This document shows positions 9,403-18,112 of a stretch of 64,000 nucleotides of DNA, in pieces. The notes beneath the pieces are model-generated. The model was given only the letters and a program-made list of their open reading frames with translations, was not told where the DNA came from and did no database searches. This stretch comes from a virus (taxonomy: Duplodnaviria; Heunggongvirae; Uroviricota; Caudoviricetes). A program made the position numbers and the translations under genes. Position 1 is the stretch's first letter. The number at the start of each line of letters is the position of its first letter. The stretch is taken from the IMG/VR virus record IMGVR_UViG_3300044843_000700, positions 1 to 64,000 of that record; one strand, 5' to 3'.

Positions 9403-9802
9403 GTATAGGTATTTTACGGGTGTCCGTTCGTTCCAGCTTTAGCTTGCTAGCCCTCTGATCATATTTCAATGTAGCTGAGCTATTGCTAGCAAAGTCTACA
9501 TCAAACATGAATTCACCGGGTATTGCCTCAGGGACATATAAGTACTTAACCTTTCCGTCCTTTGAGGTAAACTTCAACACATAGCTTAGTGATGCTTCTA
9601 GTTTCACATTGAAGTACCTGTGACTTTTTACAGTCTCGGTTAGCTCCAGTGTGCTGTCTGAGTAAAGCAAGAACACTTCGCATTTAATGTTTCTTTCTGC
9701 AAGGTACTCACCGTCCAGAGTGAGAGATTTGACTGCAGTGGGTTCGTTAGCTACTGTAATCATACAGACTAACGAGAGCATGAGTGTAAACAGAGTTTTC
9801 AT
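9392..9802 (-). CDS. secreted protein (signal peptide)
   Basis: MKTLFTLMLSLVCMITVANE signal-like N-terminus; last gene of vWA-AAA-SPFH operon. Confidence 0.45.
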   Translation of the reverse strand: MKTLFTLMLSLVCMITVANEPTAVKSLTLDGEYLAERNIKCEVFLLYSDSTLELTETVKSHRYFNVKLEASLSYVLKFTSKDGKVKYLYVPEAIPGEFMFDVDFASNSSATLKYDQRASKLKLERTDTRKIPIREQ

Positions 9803-9848
9803 TTTGAGTTGATATTATCGGTCTTGTCATAGGCCGGACCGTTAGCCC

Positions 9849-10832
9849 TTACTTAACGTTGATCATAGGGGTACTATTCCCTAATACTGTTGTCGGTAGT
9901 TTTCCGTCCCAGGTTTGTGCTTTGATGTACTCTACATATAGAGCATTAAGCTCTTTCTGTTTGAGTCGCATGGCTTCGGCTACACCTCGGGCTTCGATAA
10001 TGTCTGCTTCTGCTTTACCGGATGCACGAATAACTGCTTGGGCTGAGTCACCTCTTGCTTCGGCAATCATCTTCTTAGCATTTGCTTCAGCAACCAGAGC
10101 TTCTTGCATTTTTGCTTGCGCTTGTTGTACAGCTTGAGTCTTCGCGTTAATAGCATCCTTCAATGCATCAGGCGGAACAATGTTTGTCCTAAGCTGACTT
10201 ACGATAAACCATTTCGATACACGCTTATTACACTCGGTTATGATAGCAGATTCAAACTCTTCTCGTTTGTTGAAGATATCATCTACCGTCCACCGGTTAG
10301 CTACATCGTTAACGGATCCAACAATCGCTGTCATCAACCATCCCTTTTCGATTCCTTTGATGTCCAATCGTAGTTCAGAGAACATATCTCCTACTGCATC
10401 GGCCTTCAATGAATAGTTAAAGGTCGGCTTAATGGTAGCTTGGAATCCACCTTTGGTTATCACAATCTGGTTATCGTATTCAATGTGTTGCTGAAAGGTA
10501 GGGAACTCATACAAGTTCTCCGTCCAGCTGTTGTATACAACCCATCCTGTTTTGTATGTGTAGTCGGATACACCGCGTTCATTACCGGTTAATTTTACCT
10601 TTATACCGATGTGTCCAGCATCTACCCTTTCAAGGGAATAAGGCTGAATCATTCCGGTCAGGAGTCCTACTACAACAATGGCGATCGGAGTAAACAACCA
10701 CTTTGGATTGAAAGGTCGGGTAACATCGCCGTAACGATCTTTTTGTTCCGGTCCGAACGCATTACTTCGTGTGGATACAAGCCATCCGGCAGCCACAACG
10801 ATTGAGAGCAGGATAATAATCAATGAGATCAT
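9849..10832 (-). CDS. SPFH/band-7 (stomatin/prohibitin/HflKC-like) membrane protein
   Basis: N-terminal TM helix then SPFH core and Ala/Glu-rich coiled coil AQAKMQEALVAEANAKKMIAEARGDSAQAVIRASGKAEADIIEARGVAEA. Confidence 0.6.
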   Translation of the reverse strand: MISLIIILLSIVVAAGWLVSTRSNAFGPEQKDRYGDVTRPFNPKWLFTPIAIVVVGLLTGMIQPYSLERVDAGHIGIKVKLTGNERGVSDYTYKTGWVVYNSWTENLYEFPTFQQHIEYDNQIVITKGGFQATIKPTFNYSLKADAVGDMFSELRLDIKGIEKGWLMTAIVGSVNDVANRWTVDDIFNKREEFESAIITECNKRVSKWFIVSQLRTNIVPPDALKDAINAKTQAVQQAQAKMQEALVAEANAKKMIAEARGDSAQAVIRASGKAEADIIEARGVAEAMRLKQKELNALYVEYIKAQTWDGKLPTTVLGNSTPMINVK

Positions 10833-10836
10833 GTGC

Positions 10837-11079
10837 TTAGATTTTGAGGATTTTGATTAATAACTTTACCGCGTATACCATTGCCAGCACATCTACCAAT
10901 AGAATAACTATGGTAGCAACTGTGGACAGGAACAATGGCATCTCCCTACTTACGCAGTATTCAAAGTAGAGCCCGTTCAGAACGATAACAATGATCGCTC
11001 CTACGAGAAATAAGAACACGTTTTTCATAGTGTAAAAAAGAGTATGGGCTAGCCTAATTGCCAGCCCATCCTCTTGCAA
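10837..11079 (-). CDS. small two-TM membrane protein (NfeD-like partner position)
   Basis: 80 aa, two hydrophobic helices; 4 nt upstream of SPFH gene as in nfeD-spfh operons. Confidence 0.4.
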   Translation of the reverse strand: MQEDGLAIRLAHTLFYTMKNVFLFLVGAIIVIVLNGLYFEYCVSREMPLFLSTVATIVILLVDVLAMVYAVKLLIKILKI

Positions 11080-11081
11080 TA

Positions 11082-12626
11082 TTAATTGGCTTTGACAGCC
11101 GCTCCATTCTTAGAAGCTGCTTCAGAAACATTCATGCTGGCGTTCTTAACCGTGATGGTCATGTCACCAGTACGTGGTTCTTCCACTTCTTCTTTCATCA
11201 GTTTCAAGTGATGCTTCATGGAATCAACTGCTGCTTTTACCAGGTCATCATTTACTGCGCCACGCTTCTTGCAGAGTTTAACTGCACGCTTAGCAATTTC
11301 AGCAACAACTGCACCAGGACAATCCGGAGTACGATCAGCAAGCACGTTGTAATCCAACACCTTTTCTGCATCCAATGGAGCCAGATAACGATGGTAGATT
11401 TCTGCAACGGCAACTTTGTCCGGGTTCTCAAAGTTCACCACAAGGTCAATACGACCTGGGCGGCGAAGAGCCGGGTTGATACGCTTCTCATGGTTGGTTG
11501 TAAAGATTACAGTAAGGTTGTTACCCTTAGTTTGTACACCATCCAGAGTATTCAGGATTTTGTTCATGTCAGCATCACGCTTGGTACCTGCACCGATTTC
11601 ATCCACGTCCTCAAGGAACACGATGCACGGCTGGTAATTCTTAGCTTGGCCAAGAAGCATGTGGAATACATCTGCATCTTTGCAGTAGAAGTACGCCATA
11701 CCTTTTGTAAGACCGGCTGAACCAATACGCATAGCTGTTTCTGTTTTACCGTTTCCATAACCACCTGAGAAAAGATAGCAACGCTTGCCATCTTCACCAA
11801 GATCGTCAATGATGAAGTTGCGAACAACAGTGTCCACGTCTTCATTCAATACAATCTTGTCGGATACCTTCATCTCGAAGATATCGAAATCCAAAGAGAT
11901 CTCACCCCATGGTGATGTCTGCTTTGTAACGGTGATTGCACGTCCGCGATAGATCGATTCGGTATCCAGGATCTTCTGGATCAGATCGAAAAATTCTTTT
12001 GCCTCATGAGCATAGCGCTTCTTCACAGTTGCGCTGATGTGGCTCGGTCCTACTTCGACCACTGCATCTTCCCAAACAGTTGCAGTGAACTGTCCGTAGA
12101 AACAGGTCTCAGTAATCTTCTTGCCGTCTTTGATGTCAACGACAATCTCAATGTCTGTAGGGCGCTGAGTACCGAAGAAGGTGTGCACAGTCTTACCTTG
12201 GATCCAACCAAAGTGACGTTCTGCAGCTTTCTTTACTGCAACAAGGACATCTCGCCAGTTCCATTCACCGAACATTCTGTCCACATTAATCACCTGTTCT
12301 TCGTCATCCCACTGACGCTTCAATTCCTTTGCTGCCTGCAACTTATTCATTGTGGCTGGAAGAATGATACGCTTAGTTCCAGTAGAGAACTCAGTCTCTG
12401 CTTGGTTCTTCTTGATTTCTTCCTCCATCATTTTGATGATGGCCTCATCGGCTGCTTTTTCACCGATAGTTGCAGCAAGCAGCGCGTGCGCTGGGTGCTT
12501 TCGCACTTGTTCAATTTTCATGCTTAGATTTTTAGATGGTTTTTCGAGGAACGAGACTTCCTTCAGAGCTTTGAGTTGTTCCTCTTTACTCAAAGATGAA
12601 AAACAAGAGAGCTGTGGTGAAGTCAC
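11082..12626 (-). CDS. AAA+ ATPase (classic clade) with about 280-aa N-terminal extension
   Basis: Walker A GGYGNGKTETA, Walker B CIVFLEDVDE, sensor-1 FTTN, second region of homology INPALRRPGRIDLVVNF. Confidence 0.8.
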   Translation of the reverse strand: MTSPQLSCFSSLSKEEQLKALKEVSFLEKPSKNLSMKIEQVRKHPAHALLAATIGEKAADEAIIKMMEEEIKKNQAETEFSTGTKRIILPATMNKLQAAKELKRQWDDEEQVINVDRMFGEWNWRDVLVAVKKAAERHFGWIQGKTVHTFFGTQRPTDIEIVVDIKDGKKITETCFYGQFTATVWEDAVVEVGPSHISATVKKRYAHEAKEFFDLIQKILDTESIYRGRAITVTKQTSPWGEISLDFDIFEMKVSDKIVLNEDVDTVVRNFIIDDLGEDGKRCYLFSGGYGNGKTETAMRIGSAGLTKGMAYFYCKDADVFHMLLGQAKNYQPCIVFLEDVDEIGAGTKRDADMNKILNTLDGVQTKGNNLTVIFTTNHEKRINPALRRPGRIDLVVNFENPDKVAVAEIYHRYLAPLDAEKVLDYNVLADRTPDCPGAVVAEIAKRAVKLCKKRGAVNDDLVKAAVDSMKHHLKLMKEEVEEPRTGDMTITVKNASMNVSEAASKNGAAVKAN

Positions 12627-12684
12627 AGCTCTCTCGCAATATCATGATATCCCTTCTGTTGCCAAGCGGGATAATACTCCGATC

Positions 12685-14082
12685 TTATTCAGTTACCTGG
12701 ATGAGTCTGTATCGATCAGTATTCACTGTATCCATCATCAGTTGTTCAGGAGAGTAGATCTCGCCTTTCAATACTGACTTCAAGATAGAGGGACTGAATC
12801 CGGATACAAGACCGATTCCTTTATCGCTCTTCTGTGCAGGAGAGTTGCCGATACGACCGTTTACATTCCAGAAGATGATTTCCGGCATCTTGTAACCAGC
12901 TGCCTGGTACTTCTGACGGATTACATCCAGGTTTGTACCTGATGCGCGGTATCTACAAGCTGAATCAAACTCCATATCAGAGATGATCAAGATCTTGGTA
13001 GGCATTTCGTCCTCAGAGATCTTCTCTCTGATTGCACTGTTGAGGATTAAGTCAAAGGTCGACTGCAGATTTGTGGTACCACCCCATGGAGCTTGATTCA
13101 ACTGACGCATCCTTTGAGCAAGTGACCCTTTCAGGTATTGCATCTCAGGTTTTTCAGAGAAAGTCAAGAAGGCATCTTTGAAGATACCTTTGTTACGCTC
13201 AGAGATATAAATCCCCAGTGCTACACTTACATCCATAGGCAATCCCATCATACTTCCAGATACATCACACACCGGAATGATGCGTTCTGTTGATCCTTCC
13301 ATATAATCTGGTAGGTTATTCCACTGTGCTTCGACTGCACGCTCATTCTCCCCATTATTAATTGCTTGATACAATTGATGAGGGAATAATACTGATGCGT
13401 TGATCTTAGCTTCACCTGAATGTACAGCCTCAATATACGCTTTCATACGTTCTTCATCGTGTTTGAAAAATGCCTTGCGGTATTTATTCATCGCGATAGA
13501 AGGTACTGCTTCGTACTTGATACCTTTCCATTCTCGGTTACACATCTGCGTTTCCACTACCTTAGTCATAGCCACTAGCTTCTTACGAAACTCCTTAGGT
13601 GTCATACCAAGATAACGATGCATGGCTACAAACCATGGACCTTTGCGCGGGAACCATTTGGCCAAGAGATTCGCATTAGAGGATTCCTCAAGAGAATGCT
13701 TCAACCAGTTAAGGTTATTCTCGTTTGGCTTCTCTATCGCGAACACATCCTTCCAATACCCAAACTCTGGTACATGTACCATTAGTTTGTCTGCGACCTC
13801 AGGATATTTATCCACAATGTGTCGCATGATTGTATGAAAGAATCGGCGCTCACCTGCACCACCACGGGCATCACGAGACCAGAATAAAATCTTGGCTGCG
13901 ATATCTGCATCTTGAGCATATGCTCTTTCGAAGATGGTGATGATAGACTTCTCGTCCATATTACGAGATGCTCCTGCAAGGAAGAACATATCGAGACAGA
14001 AGTTCAAGGAGGTCGAGTGAGTAACTGCTCCTTTATTTGTTGTAGCGTCATAGCTACGTGCTGCATTAACAAGTCTGCTCAT
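12685..14082 (-). CDS. von Willebrand factor A (MIDAS) domain protein, DUF2828/Ro60-like
   Basis: DVSGSM MIDAS motif followed by conserved T and D (ILIISDMEFD); helical N-terminal half; architecture resembles Ro60/Rsr (helical TROVE-like plus vWA). Confidence 0.55.
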   Translation of the reverse strand: MSRLVNAARSYDATTNKGAVTHSTSLNFCLDMFFLAGASRNMDEKSIITIFERAYAQDADIAAKILFWSRDARGGAGERRFFHTIMRHIVDKYPEVADKLMVHVPEFGYWKDVFAIEKPNENNLNWLKHSLEESSNANLLAKWFPRKGPWFVAMHRYLGMTPKEFRKKLVAMTKVVETQMCNREWKGIKYEAVPSIAMNKYRKAFFKHDEERMKAYIEAVHSGEAKINASVLFPHQLYQAINNGENERAVEAQWNNLPDYMEGSTERIIPVCDVSGSMMGLPMDVSVALGIYISERNKGIFKDAFLTFSEKPEMQYLKGSLAQRMRQLNQAPWGGTTNLQSTFDLILNSAIREKISEDEMPTKILIISDMEFDSACRYRASGTNLDVIRQKYQAAGYKMPEIIFWNVNGRIGNSPAQKSDKGIGLVSGFSPSILKSVLKGEIYSPEQLMMDTVNTDRYRLIQVTE

Positions 14083-14672
14083 TACGGCTTAGGTTTAATG
14101 GTTGTTACTTGAAGATTGAGGGAGAACCCACCACCTTTTCACGGGCGGTGGGGTTGACTACATAACAGGATACGGTACCCACCTTAGCTACTTGAGCAAA
14201 GGGTTCTCCCAGGTTTGCCCTTTCGGGCTCTCTGATTTTTAGTTTTCAGAGTGCTGATGTATCCATTATAGTCAATAGGTGCAGGATGCCACTAAGCCAT
14301 ATTTCAAATGGGTTTTTAGTGCTGCAAGCATCCTTTAAAAGGGGCGGACTCCACCGGGTTTGCTTAAAAGGCAAGTGGTTTGTATGTGCTGTTCGGAGTC
14401 CTTAAGAAGAGGCTGAGAGTGCCGAGTGAAGTACGAAACCTCACCCGACTTTTTCTCCCAGCAATTTCTCCTGGTTTAGACTTGACCACCTTGTGGTTGT
14501 TGTCACGGATCCAGGTATCCGGCAGCCTTCGCTCGAATGGCGTCTAGGCGGCTAAACTTCGTGCATTGCCGACACATAGTGTTTCGTCTTAATTTTCAAA
14601 GACTCATCAGGGCAACTTTAAGAATAGGGCCGGCCATCACTCCGGCCCTTTCTCAGCGAATGTTGATTTCAA

Positions 14673-15017
14673 TTATCCCTTACGTCCACCCAAGATAGCC
14701 TGAATAAAACGTGGAGGTTGGTGATCACGCTGCAGATTAGCTGTTATGTGTGATACATAGAACAACTCATTTGCATGGACGCACTCTTTACTTACGATAG
14801 CAAGCACTTCAACAATGTTTTCCGACTTGTGAAATACTTCGTGTGTAAGTTTGTGTAGGTGTTCAGCTCTCTCCGGAGAGATAGCTAAACTCTCAGTAAG
14901 ACTTCCGGTTTCTCTTTCGATCTCGATGACAATGAGACTACCTTTGTCTTGAGGTTCTACCTTAATGTATCTGGGACGCTTGAAGAGCGATTCCCAGAAT
15001 TTCTTGATCTTTTTCAT
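14673..15017 (-). CDS. hypothetical protein
   Basis: Track ORF 14673..15104 trimmed to internal ATG (MKKIKKFWESLF...) to avoid overlap with upstream gene. Confidence 0.35.
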   Translation of the reverse strand: MKKIKKFWESLFKRPRYIKVEPQDKGSLIVIEIERETGSLTESLAISPERAEHLHKLTHEVFHKSENIVEVLAIVSKECVHANELFYVSHITANLQRDHQPPRFIQAILGGRKG

Positions 15018-15036
15018 AGGCTTAGGTTCTGCGAAT

Positions 15037-15453
15037 TTACGCAACTTTTTTGAGACGACAATGATTAAGTGTGGTGTACGGTCGGTTGTTGAGAAAGTCT
15101 TCAACGCTTTTATCTTCTATGATCAAAGGCATTCTATGATGGAATGGTACAACTATACCTTGAGCGGGAGCTGTTATTACAGCGAACTCTGGAACATTGT
15201 TGTATAGTACTCCGATATAGAGATTGCTTTGATCATCTCGGATAAATTGCGCGTCCTTCTCCCAGAAAGAATCCACTGATAGGACACCTCTGTTAGCACT
15301 GATCTTCTTCCATACTGTGGGTATAGATTCAGATCTTACATTATACTGGGATCCATCGTTGAATCCCCAGATGCCGCTGGCTTTACCAAGCCTGGTCAGA
15401 AAGGCATGAATCTGACCCGGTGACATCTTACTGCCTTTTAATTTCACACACAT
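15037..15453 (-). CDS. compact SRAP (SOS-response-associated peptidase, YedK/HMCES-like) domain protein
   Basis: Starts M-C (Cys2 nucleophile position), YNV, FWEK, and ITAPAQGIVVPFHHRMPLII matching SRAP HxRMP[VL]I block; 138 aa is shorter than typical 200-230. Confidence 0.5.
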   Translation of the reverse strand: MCVKLKGSKMSPGQIHAFLTRLGKASGIWGFNDGSQYNVRSESIPTVWKKISANRGVLSVDSFWEKDAQFIRDDQSNLYIGVLYNNVPEFAVITAPAQGIVVPFHHRMPLIIEDKSVEDFLNNRPYTTLNHCRLKKVA

Positions 15454-15455
15454 GG

Positions 15456-15827
15456 TTACGAGTATTTGATCTCGGTTTCCATGAACGCCATCACCACATC
15501 CTTTTTATCTTTAGGAACTGGCTGAAGACGGACATAGATACTTTTAATCTTGCACTTGTGTTCTTTACAAGCTTTCTCGATGGTGTCTGCAATCCTTAGA
15601 GCGAGACATTCACAAGAAGTCATCGGTTGCTGAAACACTTTCTTTACAGCTTCATGAATCACCAGATGATCTATCACGAATCCTTGGTGGTCAAGCTTTG
15701 GTGCAACAGTAACACGAGTTTCGTAATCGTATACTTTATGACCGACAGCTTTACACTGATTACTGCTGGAGTGCCTTGCTCTACATCGTCCTTTGCGGTT
15801 GAGTGTTAGTTGTATCTGCTTTTTCAT
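15456..15827 (-). CDS. possible QueD/6-pyruvoyl-tetrahydropterin-synthase-like protein (weak)
   Basis: H...C-x3-GH followed by beta-strand-like YDYETRVTV and GFVIDH; degenerate relative to Cx3HGH. Confidence 0.25.
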   Translation of the reverse strand: MKKQIQLTLNRKGRCRARHSSSNQCKAVGHKVYDYETRVTVAPKLDHQGFVIDHLVIHEAVKKVFQQPMTSCECLALRIADTIEKACKEHKCKIKSIYVRLQPVPKDKKDVVMAFMETEIKYS

Positions 15828-15854
15828 GAGTTGAGGTTTGAGTTGGAGGAAGAC

Positions 15855-16379
15855 TTAGTTTTCATCATCGAATACAAGAGGCTCTTCCTTTTCCTCTTCT
15901 TCTTCCGGAAAGTTCAGGTCAACATCATCCAAGCTTTTCTCTTGCTTGTCTTCACCTCTGAGCTTGGCTTCCATCTGCTCAATCATCGCATTCATCTTTT
16001 CCTCGTAGATTTTTCCTACTTGTTTAAGGAAGGTTACCTCAGCTCCGATAACGTAGTTGCCATAAGCAAGCTCGTTAGGATGAACGCATATTTCGCTTAC
16101 GTCTACCATAGCTTTATGAATATTTTTATGCTTAAGGAGACTCTTCATAGCGAGTATTCGTATCTCTAAACTTCTTTCTTCCGGAATACCCAGAGCATCG
16201 TTTAGATTATCTGCACTCGGGTTGATTTCTTCTACAGGATATTCTCCTTCGTCCCATATAGGGTCTAATTCTTGCATGATGACAGTTTTGATTGTTAGTA
16301 AAAAGGACAGCGCCGGCATAACCATCACCATAATAGTTAGCCGGCGCGCCCAATAATTTAGAATGGTAGATCTTGCCAT
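15855..16379 (-). CDS. membrane protein with acidic C-terminus
   Basis: N-terminal TM (LTIMVMVMPALSFLL), C-terminal EEEEKEEPLVFDDEN. Confidence 0.4.
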   Translation of the reverse strand: MARSTILNYWARRLTIMVMVMPALSFLLTIKTVIMQELDPIWDEGEYPVEEINPSADNLNDALGIPEERSLEIRILAMKSLLKHKNIHKAMVDVSEICVHPNELAYGNYVIGAEVTFLKQVGKIYEEKMNAMIEQMEAKLRGEDKQEKSLDDVDLNFPEEEEEKEEPLVFDDEN

Positions 16380-17773
16380 TGATCTTCTTCTTTGTGCGCA
16401 TGTTCAACCGTCTTGTCATGAGGGTTGCGTATGGACAAGAAGAATTTATCAACGAGATCGTGTAGTTCTTGCGGTGCAGCTTCGTTACGGTATCCTCTTA
16501 GCTGAGCATTCCTGTAATCGTATAGGTTCTTACCTACTGTAACGCGTGCAACTTGAAGAGTATATCTCTTCTCGTTGTGTAGGATAGAAATGATTGCGCA
16601 TGATCCGGAGTTAATCTGACTACCGTATGTTGCCACACAGTGTTGTTGAATATCGGATTCTTCACGCAGTCTTTCTCTTGTAGTTATTAACTCCGAGTTA
16701 GGGATTGGCCACTTCTTGTACATCTTGAGGTAGTTCTTTGCTACCCTGATAGGACTAAGTTCTTTGCGGGCAATCTCTCTACTCATCTTCTGGTGTTCAT
16801 CTTCGATTCTGATCTTAGATCTTACAGCAAGACTTAGTTTTTTGCCAAGCTTGATGTGATCTTTTACCCAGTCTCGAATCAACCATGATGATGATGGATC
16901 ATTCAGCATGTATAAAGCCATCAGTCTATAGATAGCTTCACCTCTGTCATACCATCCGGAATCACCTTGGAATAATCCTCCAACAGTGGAGTCTTTAGAT
17001 TGGACAACCCACATGTTGAGTGTGGTTATCTCATTCTTATTGCGGAGTACACGAAGAACTTGATAGAGGGTGTAAGGTCGATATGCAGCACGAAGACGCT
17101 TAGGTATCTTAATACCCATACGTTTCTCGATTACTTCATACTCATTAGTTGTTCCCTCGTAGTATTTGAGTGTGATTGGTAGTGTGATGTCTTCTTCGTA
17201 CCGGTCCAGATCATATAACTTTTCAGCAAAAAGCTTTGTGAGTTTATCTGTCCCACTGCTTTCGCTAATCAAAGCTCCTGTTACAGGCATTACTTTAACC
17301 TTCATACTTTTCTTGTAAGGATGTATGAATGTGTAAAGCTTATCGCTGTAGCAGAAGATGGGACGATTCTTTTTTAGCGGGTAATACTTTCTAATCTTGT
17401 GATTGTAAGCCATACCTACTTCGAAGTCTGAGAGAGATATCTTTCCGGTGTACTTATCATATAGCACTGTCAAAAAGTGTTTGGTAACACGCTTAAACTG
17501 CCATGATGGTTCTGGTTGGAGAGAGATAGGATCTCTGAGATGTTCAGGAGTTACCTTGGTATCTGAGTGGTTCTCCTTAATCATCTTGATCTTCTCATCG
17601 TATTTAGAATCGGTAACAGTCTGATAGGTGTAAGTAATAACTTCGTCAGTCTCCGTCCTCTTATGTAGAGGATTTCTCATACCCTCAATCTTACGACATA
17701 TCCAGGCAAACAGCTCCATCCTTTTGGGATCAGGTGCTGTCTTAAGTATAGGTTTGAACATTGTGTTTTCCAT
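16358..17773 (-). CDS. PcfJ-like protein
   Basis: C-terminal RERLREESDIQQHCVATYGSQINSGSCAIISI matches PcfJ hallmark (L.EE...HCV..Y). Confidence 0.45.
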   Translation of the reverse strand: MENTMFKPILKTAPDPKRMELFAWICRKIEGMRNPLHKRTETDEVITYTYQTVTDSKYDEKIKMIKENHSDTKVTPEHLRDPISLQPEPSWQFKRVTKHFLTVLYDKYTGKISLSDFEVGMAYNHKIRKYYPLKKNRPIFCYSDKLYTFIHPYKKSMKVKVMPVTGALISESSGTDKLTKLFAEKLYDLDRYEEDITLPITLKYYEGTTNEYEVIEKRMGIKIPKRLRAAYRPYTLYQVLRVLRNKNEITTLNMWVVQSKDSTVGGLFQGDSGWYDRGEAIYRLMALYMLNDPSSSWLIRDWVKDHIKLGKKLSLAVRSKIRIEDEHQKMSREIARKELSPIRVAKNYLKMYKKWPIPNSELITTRERLREESDIQQHCVATYGSQINSGSCAIISILHNEKRYTLQVARVTVGKNLYDYRNAQLRGYRNEAAPQELHDLVDKFFLSIRNPHDKTVEHAHKEEDQWQDLPF

Positions 17774-17800
17774 AGAGTGCGGGTTGAGTTGGTAAAACTA

Positions 17801-18112
17801 TTACTTGATGTAAACACTCACCTCTTTCTTGCTCGGATTACTTACCTCGGTGATAAGAGCTCCTTTGTACTTAGCAAGTAAGTAGGTGTACAGTTCTAGA
17901 TAGCTAGGCTTAAGATCTTGTGATCCGAATCCTTGGGCGGAAGACATCTCTTTCTTGTAGTGTTCTTCCTTGAAGACGAAAAGCAATCGCTTCTCACCTT
18001 TCTTTGCAGGCTTTACCTTTGCTGCGGCATTGACCTGTTTCTTGAGTTTATCAATAAGTTTCACGGTGAATGGTTTAATGGTTAATTGAAAACCTGCTAT
18101 ACATACCTCCAC
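17801..18112 (-). CDS. hypothetical protein
   Basis: 103-aa ORF. Confidence 0.4.
   Translation of the reverse strand: MEVCIAGFQLTIKPFTVKLIDKLKKQVNAAAKVKPAKKGEKRLLFVFKEEHYKKEMSSAQGFGSQDLKPSYLELYTYLLAKYKGALITEVSNPSKKEVSVYIK

Noticed and set aside
11058-12527. Plus-strand ORFs 11058..11720, 11416..11637 and 12006..12527 inside the AAA+ gene region
   Set aside because: Antisense to a strongly supported AAA+ ATPase gene, low-complexity translations, no motifs; typical shadow ORFs
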